Source: the human T2T-CHM13v2.0 reference genome, Homo sapiens. From it: DNA of 64,000 nucleotides. Location of the stretch: assembly GCF_009914755.1 (NCBI RefSeq), contig NC_060925.1. One strand, given 5' to 3'. The first letter of the stretch is position 1. Each line of letters begins with the position of its first letter. Positions 28,109 through 41,600 of this stretch are shown piece after piece. The notes under the pieces were generated by a model. The model worked only from the letters and a program-made list of their open reading frames with translations, made no database searches and was not told the DNA's origin. A program made the translations under genes and the position numbers.

Positions 28109-28111
28109 GGA
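28104..28111. other. HSat2/HSat3 junction and strand switch at the palindrome TCCATGGA (NcoI site CCATGG at 28105-28110)
   Basis: ...gatgatgagtgcatccAT|ggaatggaatgg... The left side matches the HSat2 motif gatgatgagtccatccat(ttc) and the right side is GGAAT repeat. AT at 28107-28108 fits both arrays. Confidence 0.95.
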
Positions 28112-29629
28112 ATGGAATGGAATGGAAAGGAATGGAATGGAAAGGAAAGGAATGGAATGCAATGGAATGCAATGGTATGGAATGGAGTCAACCCGAGTGG
28201 AATGGAATGGAATGGAATGGAATGAAATGGAATGGAATGGAATGAAATGGAATGGAATGGAATGAAATGGAATGGAGAGGAATGGAATAAACACCAGTGG
28301 AATGCAATGCAAAGGAATGGAGTGGAATGGAATGGAATGGAATGGAATGGAATGAACAGGAATGGAATGGAATGGAATGGAATGGACTAGAATGGAATGG
28401 AATGGAATTAAATCAACCCGATTGGAATGGAATGGAATGGAATGGAATCAACTGGAAAGGAACGAAATGCAATGGAATGGAGTGGAAAGGAATGGAATGG
28501 AATGAAATGGAATGGAATGGAATGGAAAGGAATGGAATCAACCCGAGTGGAATGCAATGGAATGGAATGGAATGGAATGGAATGGAATGGAATGGAATCA
28601 ACCTGATTTGAATGGATTGGAAAGGACTGGAATTGAATGGAACGGCATGGAATGCAATGGAATCAACTAGAACGGAATGGAATGGAATGGATTGGAATGG
28701 AATCGAATGGAATCAACCTGATTGGAATGGAATGGAATGGAATGGAATGAATGGGATGGAATGGAATGGATAATAATGCAATGGAATGGAAAGAAAACAA
28801 CCCGAGTGGAAGGGAAAGCAATGGAATGCAATGGAATGGAATGGAATGGAATAGAACGGAATCAACCCGAGTGGAATGCAATGGAATGGAATGGAATGGA
28901 ATGCAATGGAATGGAATCAACCAGAGTGGAATGGATTGGAATGGAGTGGAATGGAATGGAAGGGCAGGGAATGCAATGGAATCAACTAGAATGGAATGGT
29001 ATGGAATGGATTGGAATGGAATCGTACGGTATCAACCTGAGTGGAAAGGAATGGAATGGAATGGAATTAAATGAATGGAATGGAATGGAATGGAAACTAA
29101 AGGAATGGAATGGAAAGGAAGCAACCCGAGTGAAAGGGAATGCAATGGAATGCAATGTTATGGAAAGGAATGGAATGGAGTTCAATGTAATGGAAACAAA
29201 CCGAGTGGAATGTAATGGAATGGAAAGTTCTGGAATGTAATGGAATGTATTGGAATCAACCCAATTCCTATGCAACGGCATGGAATGGAATGGAAGGGAA
29301 CGGAATGGAATGGAAAGGAATAGAATGAACTGGAATATAATGGAATGGAATGAAATGGAATTGAATGGAGTGGAATTTAATGGAATGGAATGGAATGGAA
29401 TGGAATCAACTCGAGTGGAGTGCAATGGAATTGAATGGAAATGAATGGAATAGAATGGAATGGAATGAAACGGAACGGAATGGAATGAACCCGAGTGGAA
29501 TGGAATGGAATGGAATGGAATGGAATGGAATGGAAAGGCACGGAATGGTATGGAATGCAATGGAATGGAATGGAATGGAATGGAAAGGAATGGAATGGAA
29601 TCAACCCGAGTGGAATGGAATGGAAAGGA

Positions 29630-30290
29630 AACAAGCTGAGTGGAATGGAATGGAATGCAATACAATGGAATGTAATGGAGTGAAAGGCATTAGAATCAAC
29701 TGGAATGGAATGGAATGGAATGGATTATAATGGAATGGAATGGAATCAATCTGGGTGGTATGGAATGGAATGGAATGGAATGGAATGGAATTCAATGTAA
29801 TGGAAACAAACCGAGTGGAATGTAATATAATGGAAAAGACTGGAATGTAATGGAATCTAGTGGAATCAACACGATTCCAATGCAACGGAATAGAATGTAA
29901 TGGAATGGAATGGAACGGAATGGAATGGAATGGAATCAACCCGAGTGGAATGGAATATAATGGAAACAAACAGAGTGGAATGTAATGGAATGGAATGGAA
30001 TGCAATGGAATGTAATGGAGTGAAAGGCATTAGAATCAACTGGAATGGAATGGAATGGAATGGATTATAATGGAATGGAATGGAATCAATCTGGTTGGTA
30101 TGGAATGGAATGGAATGGAATGGAATGGAATGGAATGGAATTCAATGTAATGCAAACAAACCGAGTGGAATGTAATATAATGGAAAGGAATGGAATGTAA
30201 TGGAATGGATTGGAATAAACACGATTCAAAAGAAACGAAATGGAATGTAATGGAATGGAATGGAACGGAATGGAATGGAATGGAAAGGAA
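29630..30290 (-). repeat. ~340-bp local tandem duplication in HSat3
   Basis: tgaaaggcattagaatcaactgg...tggattataatgg...atcaatctgg[g/t]tggtatgg...tgtaatataatgg...aacacgattc occurs at 29681 and 30021. Confidence 0.8.
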
Positions 30291-31210
30291 TGGAATGAAC
30301 TGGAATGGAATGGAATGGCATGGAATTTAACGGAATGGAAAGAAATGGAATGAAATGGAATGGAATTAACGCGAGTGGAGTGGAATGGAATGGAATGGAA
30401 ATGAATGGAATGAAATAGAATGGAATTAACGCGAGTGGAGTGGAATGGAATGGAATGGGAATGAATGGAATGGAAAGGAATGGAATGGAGTGGAACGGAA
30501 TGGAATGAACCCGAGTGGAATGGAATGCAATGGAATGGAATGGAATGGAATGGAATCTACCCGAGTGGAATGGAATGGAATGGAATGGAATGGAATGGAA
30601 TGGAATGGAATGGAATCAACTCGACTGGAAAGGAATGGAAAGGAAAGGAAAGGAATGGAATGCAATAGAATGCAATGGTATGGATTGGAGTCAACCCGAG
30701 TGGAATGGAATGGAAGGGAATTGAAAGAACTGGAATGGAATGGAATGCAATGGAATGGAGTGGAATGGAATAAACACCAGTGGAATGGAATTGAATAGAA
30801 TGGAACGGAATGGAATGGAATGGACAGTAATGGAATGCAATGGAATGGAATGGAATGGAGTGGAATGGACTAGAATGGAATGGAATGGAATGAAATCATC
30901 CCAATTGGAATAGAATCGAATGCAATGGAATGGAATGGAATCAACTGGTAAGGAATGAAATGAATGGAATGGAATGGAAAGGAATGGAATGGAATGGAAT
31001 GGAATGGGATGGAATCAACCCGGGTAGAATACAATGGAATGGAATGGAATGGAATGGAATGGAATGGAAACAACCGGAGTGGATTGGAATGGAATGGAAT
31101 GGAATGGAATGGAATGGAATAAACACGAGTGGAATGGAATGGAATGGAATGAAATGAAATGGAGTGGAATGGAATAAACAGCAGTGGAATGGAATGGAAT
31201 GGAATGGAAT

Positions 31211-32225
31211 GGATTCAACACGAGTGGAATGCAATGGAATGGAATGGATTGGAATGGAATGAAATCAACTCGAGTGGAATGGATTGGAATAGAGTGGAAT
31301 TGAATGGAATGGCATAGAATGCAATGGAATCAACTACAATGGAATGGAATGGATTGGAATGGAATGGAATTGTCAGGAATGGAATTGAATGGAATGGAAT
31401 GGAGTGGAATGGACTAGAATGGAATGGAATGGAATGAAATCGATCCGATTGGAATGGAATGGAATGCAATAGAATGGAATGAAATGTTATCAACCAGAGT
31501 GGAATGGAATGGAATGGAATGGAATGGAATGGAATGGAGTGGAATGGAATAAACACCAGTGGAATGCAATGCAATGGAAAGGAGTGGAATGGAAGAAACA
31601 CCAGTGGAATGAAATGGAATGGACTAGAATGGAATGGAATGGAATGAAATCAACCCGATTTAAATGGAATGGAATGCAATGGAATGGAATGAAATCAACT
31701 GGAAACGAAAGAAATGGAATGGAATGGAATGGAATGGACTCAACACGAGTGGAATGCAATGGAATGGAATGGATTGGAATGGAATGAAATCAACTCGAGT
31801 GGAATGGATTGGAATAGAGTGGAATTGAATGGAATGGCATAGAATGCAATGGAATCAACTACAATGGAATGGAATGGATTGGAATGGAATGGAATTGACA
31901 GGAATGGAATTGAATGGAATTGAAAGGAGTGGAATGGACTAGAATGGAATGGAATGGAATGAAATCGATCCGACTGGAATGGAATGGAATGCAATAGAAT
32001 GGAATGGAATGTTATCAACCAGAGAGGAATGGAATGGAATGGAATGGAATGGAATGGAGTGGAATGGAATAAACACCAGTGGAATGCAATGCAATGGAAA
32101 GGAGTGGAATGGAATAAACACCAGTGGAATGAAATGGAATGGACTAGAATGGAATGGAATGGAATGAAATCAACCCGATTTAAATGGAATGGATTGCAAT
32201 GGAATGGAATGGAATCAACTTGAAA
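31211..32225 (-). repeat. ~525-bp local tandem duplication in HSat3
   Basis: caacacgagtgg starts at 31216 and 31741. Both copies share caactacaat, aatcgatccga, gttatcaaccagag and caacccgatttaaatgg. Confidence 0.85.
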
Positions 32226-32429
32226 GGAATCAAATGGAACGGAATGGATTGGAAAAGAATGGAATGGAATGGATTGGAATGGAATGGAATGGAATGAACC
32301 CGAGTGGAATGCAGTGGAATGGAATGGAATGAATGGAATGGAAACTAATTGAATGTAAGGCAAATGAAACAACCCGAGTGGAATGGAATGCAATGGAATG
32401 CAATGGAATGCAATGGAATGGAATGGAAT

Positions 32430-32720
32430 GGAACGGAATGGAATGGAATTCAAAGTAATGGAAATAAACCTTGTGGAATATAATGGAATGGAAAGGAATG
32501 GAATGTAATGGAATGGATTGGAATAAACCCGATTCCAATGCAATGGAATGGAATGGAATGAAATGCAATGGATTGGAATGGAATGGAACGGAATGGAATG
32601 GAATTCAATGTAATGGAAACTAACCTTGTGGAATATAATGGAATGGAAAGGAATGTTATGTAATGGAATGGATTGGAATAAACCCGATTCCAATGGAATG
32701 GAATGGAATGGAATGGAATG
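32430..32720 (-). repeat. 155-bp local duplication in HSat3
   Basis: The rare motif ccttgtggaatataatgg occurs at 32469 and 32624, each followed by ggattggaataaacccgattccaatg. Confidence 0.75.
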
Positions 32721-34019
32721 GAATGGAAGGGAATGGAACGGAACGGAAAGGAATAGAATTAACTGGAATGGAATGGAATCGAATGGAATTTAATGGAATG
32801 GAATGAAATGGAATGGAATCAACCTGAGTGGAGTGGAATGGAATGGAATGGAAATGAATAGAATGGAATGGAATGGAATGGAACGGAACGGAATGGAATG
32901 AACCTGAGAGGAATGGAATGGAATGGAATGGAATGGAATGGAACGGAATGGAATCTACCCGAGTGGAATGGAATGGAATCGAATGGAATGGAATAAACAG
33001 GAGTGGAATGGAATGGAATGGAATGGAATGCAATAGAAAGTAATGGAATCAACTTGAGTGGAAAGGAATGGAATGGAAAGGAACGGATTGGAATGAAATA
33101 GAATGCAATGGTATGGAATGGAGTCAACCCGAGTGGCATTGAATGGAATGAAATGGAATGGAATGGAATGCAATGGAATGGAGTGGAATGGAATAAACAG
33201 CAGTTGAATGGAATGGAATGGAATGGAATGGAATGGAATGGAATGGAATGAAATGGAACGGAATGGAATGGAATGGAATGGAATGGAATAAACACCGGTG
33301 GAATAAACACCAGTGCAATGGAATGGAATGGAAAGGAATGGAATGGAAAGGAATGGAATGCAATGGAATGGAATGGAGTGGAGTGCAATGCACTATAATG
33401 GAATTGAATGGAATGAAATCATCCCGATTGGAATGGAATGGAATGCAATGGATTGGAATGGAATAAACTGGAAAGGAATGAAATGAATGCAATGGAATGG
33501 AATGGAATGTATTGGAATGGTATGAAATGGAATGGAATCAACCCGAGTAGAATGTAATGGAATGGAATGGAATGGAATTAACCCGACTGGAATGGAAGGA
33601 AATGGAATGGAATGGAATGGAATGGAATGGAATGGAATGGAATGGAATCAACCCGTGTGGAATGTAATGGAATGTAAAGTAATGGAATGGAATGGAAACA
33701 ATCCGAGTGGAATGGAATGGAATAGAATGGAATAAAGACGAGTGGAATGGAATGGAATGTAATTGAATGGAATAGAATGGAATAGAATCCACTCGAGTGG
33801 AAAGGAATGGAATGGAAATCAATGGAATGGAACGCAATTGAATGCAATGGTATGGAATGGAGTCAACACGAGTGGAATGGAATGGAATGGAATGGATTTA
33901 AATGGAATGGAATGGAATACAATGGAATGGAGTGGATTGAAATAAACACCAGTGGAATGGTAGGGACTGGAATGGAATGGAATGGACAAGAATGGAATGG
34001 AATGGAATGGAATGGAATG

Positions 34020-37000
34020 GAATGGAATGCAATGGAATGGAATGGAATGGAATGGAATCAACCCGAGTGGAATGGAATGGAATGGAAACAAACTGAGTGG
34101 AATGGAATGGAATGGAACGCAATGGAATGTAATGGAGGGAAAGGCATTAGAATGAACTGGAATGGAATGGAATGGAATGGAAAGGATTATAATGGAATGG
34201 AATGGAATCAATCAGGATGGTATGGAATGGAATGGAATGGAATGGAATGGAACGGAATGGAATTCAATGTAATGGAAACAAACCGAGTGTAATGTAATAT
34301 AATGGAAAGCACTGGAATATAATGGAATGGATTGCAATCAACCCGATTCCAATGCAACGGAATGGAATGTAACGGAATGGAGTGGAACGGAATGGAATGG
34401 AATGGAAAGGAATGGAATGAACTGGAATGGAAAGGAATGGCATGAAATTTAACAGAATGGAATGGAAAGGAATGAAATGGAATGGAATCAACGCGAGTGG
34501 AGAGGAGTGGAATGGAATGGAAATGAATGGAATGGAATGGAACAGAACGGAATGGAATGAACCCGAGTGGAATGGAATGAACCCTAGTGGAATGGAATGG
34601 AATGGAATGGAATGGAATGGAATGGAATGGAATCTACCCGAGTGGAATGGAATGGAATGGAATGGAGTGGAATGGAATGGAATGGAATGGAATGGAATGG
34701 AAAGGAATGGAATGGAATGGAATGGAATAGAATGTAATGGAATCAACTCGACTGGAAAGGAATGGAATGGAAAGGAAAGGAATGGAATGCAATAGAATGC
34801 AATGGTATGGATTGGAGTCAACCCGAGACGAATGGAAAGGAATGGAATGGAATGAACTAGAATGGAATGGAATGCAATGGAATGGAGTGCAATGGAATAA
34901 ACACCAGTGTAATGGAATGGAATGGAATGGAATGGAATGGAATGGAATGGAATGGACAGGAATGGAATGCAATGGAATGGAATGGAATGGAGTGGAATGG
35001 ACTAGAATGGAAGGGAATGGAATGAAATCAACCCGATTGGAATGGAATGGAATGCAATGGAATGGAATGGAATCAACTGGAAAGGAATGAAATGAGTGGA
35101 ATGGAAAGGAATGCAATGGAATGTAATGGAAATGAATGGAATGGAATCAACCCGAGTAGAATGCTTTGGAATGGAATGGAATGGAATAGAATGGAATCAA
35201 CCCGAGTGGAAAGGAATGGAATGGAATGGAATGGAAAGGAATGGAATGGAATGGAATGGAAATGAATGAAATGGAATCAACCCGTGTAGAATGCTGTGGA
35301 ATGGAATGGAATGGAATAGAATGGAATCAACCCGAGTGGAAAGGAATGGAATGGAATGGAATGGAATGGAATGGAATGGAATGGAATGGAATGGAATTGA
35401 ATGGAATGGAATGGAAAAAACATGAGTGGAATGGAATGGAATGGAATGGAATGCAATGGAATTGAATGGAATGGATAGGAACGGAATAGAATGGAATGGG
35501 ATCAACTCGCGTGGCAAGGAACGGATTGGAATGGAATGGAATGGAAAGAAAGGAATCGAAAGCAATGCAATGCAATGGTATGGAATGGAATCAACCCGAG
35601 TGGAATGGAATAGAATGGAATGGAATGAAATGAAATGGAATGGAATGGGATCCAATGGAATGGATTGGAATGGAATAAACACCAGTGGAATAGAATGGAA
35701 TGGAATGAAATGGAATGGAATGGAATGGACATGACTGGAATGCAATGGAATGGAGTGGAATAGAATGGAATGCAATGCAATGAAATAAACCTGATTGGAA
35801 TGGGATGGAATGCAATGGAATGGAATGGAATCAACTGGAAAGGAATAAAATGTAACGGAATGGAATGGAATGGAATGGAATGGAATGGAATGGAATGGAA
35901 TTAACCCGAGTGGAATGCAGTGGAATGAAATGGAATGGAATGGAACGGAATGAAATCAACCCGAATGGAATGGATTGGAATAGAGTGGAATGGAATGGAA
36001 CGGCATGGCATGCATTGGAGTCAACTAGAATAGAATAGAATGCAATGGAATGGAATGGAATGGAATGGAATGGAATGGAAAGGAATCAACCTGAGTGGAA
36101 TGGAATGGAATGGAAACAAACCGAGTGGAATGGAATGGAATGGAATGCAATGGAACCTAATGGAGTGAAAGGCATTAGAATCAACTGGAATGGAATGGAA
36201 TGGAATGGAAAGGATTATCATGGAATGGAATGGAATTAATCCGGGTGGTATAGAATGGAATGGAATGGAATGGAATGGAATGGAATGGACTTCAATGTAA
36301 TGGAAACAAACCGAGTGGAATGCAATATAATGGAAAGGACTGGAATACAATGGAATGGATTGGAATCAACCTGATTCCAATGCAACGGAATGGAATGTAA
36401 TGGAATGGAGTGGAACGGAATGAAATGGATTGGAAAGGAATGGAATGAACTGGAATGGAATGGAATGGCATGGAATTTAACGGAATGGAATGGAATGGAA
36501 TGAAATGGAATGGAATCAATGCTAGTGGAGTGGAATGGAATGGAATGGAAATGAATGGAATGAAATGGAATGGAATGGAACGGAGCGGAATGGAATAAAC
36601 CCGAGTGGAATGGAATAAATGGAATGGAATGGAATGGAATGGAATGGAATGGAATGGAATGGAATCTACCCGAGTGGAATGGAATGGAATGGAATGGAAT
36701 GGAATGGAAAGGAATGAAATGGAATGGAATGGAATGGAATGGAATGGAATGGAATCTACCCGAGTGGAATGGAATGGAATGGAATGGAATGGAAAGGAAT
36801 GGAATGGAAAGGAAAGGAATGGAATGCAATAGAATGCAATGGTATGAATTGGAGTCAACCCGAGAGGAATGGAAAGGAATGGAATGGAATGAACTAGAAT
36901 GGAATGGAATGCAATGGAATAGAGTGTAATGGAATAAACACCAGTGGAATGGAACGGAATGCAATGGAATGGAATGGAATGGAATGCAATGGACAGGAAT

Positions 37001-37960
37001 GGAATGCAATGGAATGGAATGGAATGGAGTGGAATGGACTAGAATGGAAAGGAATGGAATGAAGTCAACCCGATTGTAATGGAATGGAATGCAATGGAAT
37101 GGAATGGAATCAACTGGAAAGGAATGAAATGAATGGAATGGAAAGGAATGGAATGGAATGGAATGGAAATGAATGGAACGGAATCAACCCGAGTAGAATG
37201 CTATGGAATGGAATGGAATGGAATGGAATAGAATGGAATCAACCCGAGTGGAAAGGAAAGGAATGGAATGGAAAGGAATGAACCCGAGTGGAATGGAATG
37301 GAATGGAATGGAATGGAATGGAATGGAATGGAATGGAATAAACATGAGTGGAATGGAATGGAATGGAATGCAATGGAATTGAATGGAATAGAAATGAATG
37401 GAATAGAATGGAATGGGATCAACTCGAGTGGCAAGGAACGGATTGGAATGGAATGGAATGGAAAGAAACGAATGGAATTAAATGCAATGCAATGGTATGG
37501 AATGGAATCAACCAGAGTGGAATGGAATGGAATGGAATGGAATGGAATGGAATGGAATGAAATGGAATGGAATGGAATGGATTGGAATGGAATAAACACC
37601 AGTGGAATGGAATGGAATGGAATGAAATGGAATGGAATGGAATGAAATGGAACGGAAGGGAATGGACATGACTGGAATGCAATGGAATGGAATGGCATGC
37701 ATTGGAATGCAATGCAATGAAATAAACCTGATTGGAATGGGATGGAATCCAATGGAATGTAATGGAATCAACTGGAAAGGAATCAAATGTAACGGAATGG
37801 AATGGAAAGGAATAGAATGGAATGGAATTAACCCGAGTGGAATGCAATGGAATGGAATGGAATGGAATGGAATGAAATCAACCCGAATGGAATGGATTGG
37901 AATAGAGTGGAATGGAATGGAACGGCATGGCATGCATTGGAGTCAACTGGAATAGAATGG
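34020..37960 (-). repeat. Two diverged tandem copies of a ~1.9-2.0-kb HSat3 unit
   Basis: Marker pairs: aaggcattag 34141/36169 (+2028); tcaactcg[c/a]gtggcaaggaacgg 35502/37419 (+1917); cggcatggcatgcattggagtcaact 36001/37923 (+1922). Both copies also carry ggacatgactgg and aataaacctgattgg. Confidence 0.8.
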
Positions 37961-38649
37961 AATGGAATGGAATGGAATGGAATGGAATGGAATGGAATGG
38001 AATGGAATCAACCCGAGTGGAATGCAATGGAATCGAGTGGAATGCAATGGAATGGAATGGAATGTAAGGGAATGATATCAACCCGACTGGAATGGATTGG
38101 AATAGAATGGAATGGAATGGAGCGGCATGGAATGCAATGGAATCAACTAGAATGGAATGGAATGGAATGGAATAAACAAGAGTGAAATGGAATGGAATGG
38201 AATGGAATGCAATGGAATGGAATGGAATGGAATGGAATGGAATGGAATGGAATGGAATCAACCCGAGTAGAATGCAATGGAATGGAATGGACTTGAATGG
38301 AATGGAATGAAATGGAATCAACCAGAATGGAATGGAATGGAATGGAATGGAATGGAATCGAATGCAATGGAATGGAATGGAATCAACCCGAGTGGAATGG
38401 ATTGGAATGGAGTGGAATGGAATGGAACGGTATGGAATGCAATGGAATCAAATAGAATGGAATGGAATGGAATGGATTGGAATGGAATCGAACGGAATCA
38501 ACCTGAGTGGAGAGGAATGGAATGGAATGGATTGGAATGGAATGGAATGGAATGGATTGGAATGGAATGGAATGGAATGGAATGGAACGGATTGGAATCT
38601 ACACGAGTGGAATGGAATGGAATGGAATGGAATGGAATGGAATGGAATG

Positions 38650-41600
38650 GAATAAACATGATTGGAATGGAATGGAAAGGAATAGAATGGAATAGAATGT
38701 AATGGAATCAACTCGAGTGGAAAGGAATGGAATGGAAAGGAATGGAATGGAAAGGAAAGGAATGGAATGCAATAGAATGCAAAGTTATGGAATGGAGTCA
38801 ACCCGAGTGGAATGGAATGGAATGGAATGGAATGAAATGAAATGGAATGGAATGCAATGGAATGCAGTGGAATGGAATAAACACCAGTGGAAACGAATGG
38901 AATGCAATGGAATGGAATGGACAGGAATGGAATGGAATGGAATGGATTGGAATTGTATGGAATGGAATGGAATGGAGTGCAATGAAATTAACCCGATTGG
39001 AATGGAATGGAATGCAATGGAATGGAATGGAATCAACTGGAAAGGAATCAAATGGAACGGAATGGTATGGAATGGAATGGAATGGAATGGAATGGAATGG
39101 AATTAACCCGAATGGAATGGACTGGAATAGAGTGGAATGGAATGGAACGGCATGGAATGCAATGGAATCAACTAGAATGGAATGGGATGGAATGGAAAGG
39201 AATGGAATGAACTGGAATGGAATGGAATGGAATGGAATAGAATTTAATGGAATGGAATGCAATGGAATGAACCCGAGTGGAGTGGAATGCAATGGAATGT
39301 AAATGAATGTAATGGAATGGAATGGAATGGAATGGAATGAAACGGAATGGAATGAACCCGAGTGAAATGGAATGGAATGGAATGGAATGGAATGGAATGG
39401 AATGGAAAGGAATGGAATCAACCCGAGTGGAATGGAATGCAATGGAATGGAGTAAACACGAGTGGAATGGAATGGAATGGAATGGAATGGACTAGAATGG
39501 AATGGAAAGGAAAGGAATGGAATGCAATGGAAAACAATGATATGGAATGGAGTCAACCGGAGTGGAATGGAACGGAATGGAATGGAATGAAATGGAATGG
39601 AATGGAATGCAATGGAATGGAGTGGAATGGAATAATCAACAGTGGAATGGAATGCAATGGAATGGAGTGGAATGGAATAATCAACAGTGGAATGGAATGC
39701 AATGGAATGGAGTGGAATGGAATAAACACCTGTGGAATGGAATGGAAAGGAATGGAATGGAGTGGAGGGGAATGGAATGGAATTGAATGGAATGGAATAG
39801 AAAGGACTAGAACGGAAAGGAATGGAATGAAATCAACCCGATTGGAATGGAATGGAATGCAATGGAAGGGAATGGAATCAATAGGAAATGAATGAAATGG
39901 AATGGAATGGAATGGAAAGGAATGGAATGGAATGGAATTAACCAGGGTGGAATGCAATAGAATGGAATGAAATGGAATGTAATGAAATCAAACCGAATGG
40001 AACGGATTGGAATACAGTGGAATGGAATGGAACGGCATGGAATGCAATGGAATCAACTAGAATGGAATGGAATGGAATGGATTGGACAGGAATGGAATGG
40101 AATGAAATGGAATGGAATGGAATGGAATGGAGTGGAATGGACTAGAATGGAATGGAATGGAAAGAAACGAACCCGATTGGAATGGAATGGAATGCAATGG
40201 AATGGAATGGAATCAACTGGAAAGGAATCAAATGGAACGGATTGGAATGGAATGGAATGAATGGAATGGAATGGAATGGAATGGAAACTAATGGAATGGA
40301 GTGGAATGGAAACAACCCGAGTGGAATGGAAGGCAATGTAATGCAATGGATAGGAATGGAATGGAATGGAATGGAATGGAATGGAATGGAATGGAATGGA
40401 ATGGAATGGAATCAACCAGAGTGGAATGGAATGGAATGGAATAGAATGCAATGGAATGGAGTGGAATGGAAAAAACACCAGTGGAATAAAATGCAATGGA
40501 AAGGAGTGGGATGTAATAAACACCAGTGGAATCAAATGGAATGGACTAGAATGGAATGGAATGGAATGAAATCAACCAGATTGGAAACGAATGGAATGCA
40601 ATGGAATGCAACGGAATCAACTGGAAAGGAATGAAATGGAATGGAATGCAGTGGAATGCAATGGAATGGAATGGAATCAACCGGAGTGGAATGGGATGGA
40701 ATGGAATGGAATGAAAGGAATGGAATGGAATTGATACTAATGGAATGGAATGGAAAGGAAACAACCCGAGTGGAATGGAATGCAATGGAATTCAATGGAA
40801 TGGACTGGAATGGAATGGAAGGGAATGGAATGGAATGGAAAGGAATGGAATGAACTGGAATGGAATGGAATGGAATGGAATTTAATGGAATGGAATGGAA
40901 TGGAATGGAATCAACCCGAGTGGAGGGGAATGGAATGGAATGGAAGTGAATGGAATAGAATCGAATGGAATGGAATGAAACGGAATGGAATGGAATGAAC
41001 CCGAGTGAAATGGAACGGAATGGAAAGGAAAGGAATGGAATGGAATGGAATGGAATGGAATGGAATCAACACGAGTGGAATGGAATGGAATGGTATGGAA
41101 ACAACACGAGTGGAATGGAATGGAATGGAATGGAATGGAAATTAATGGACTAGAATGGAATGGAAAGGAAAGGAAAGGAATGCAATGGTATGGAATGGAG
41201 TCAGCACGAGTGGAATGGAATGGAATGGAATGGAATGGAATGAAATGGAATGGAATGGAATGAAATGGAATGGAATGGAATGCAATGGAATGAAACGGAA
41301 TGGAATAGAATAAAATGGAATGGAATGGAATACAATGGAATGGATTGGAATGGAATAAACAACAGTGGAATGGAATGCAATGGAATAGAGTAGAATGGAA
41401 TAAACACCAGTGTAATGGAATGGAATGGAATGGAATTGTCAGGAATGGAATAGAATGGAATGGAATGGAATGGAATGGAATGGAATAAACACGATTGGAA
41501 TGGAATGGAAAGGAATGGAATGGAATAGAATGGAATAGAATGTAATGGAATCAACTCGAGTGGAAAGGAATGGAATGGAAAGGAATGGAATGGAAAGGAA

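Noticed and set aside
28095-28125. Heat-shock element or long cruciform at the strand switch
   Set aside because: The perfect palindrome is only 8 bp, and the left flank (gagtgcatcc) has no nTTCn in HSE register. The arms beyond belong to different satellite families, so a stable DNA cruciform is not supported.
27889-28312. ORFs crossing the HSat2/HSat3 junction (chimeric peptide)
   Set aside because: A chance read-through between two stop-poor repeats. No promoter, splice or other coding signal is visible.
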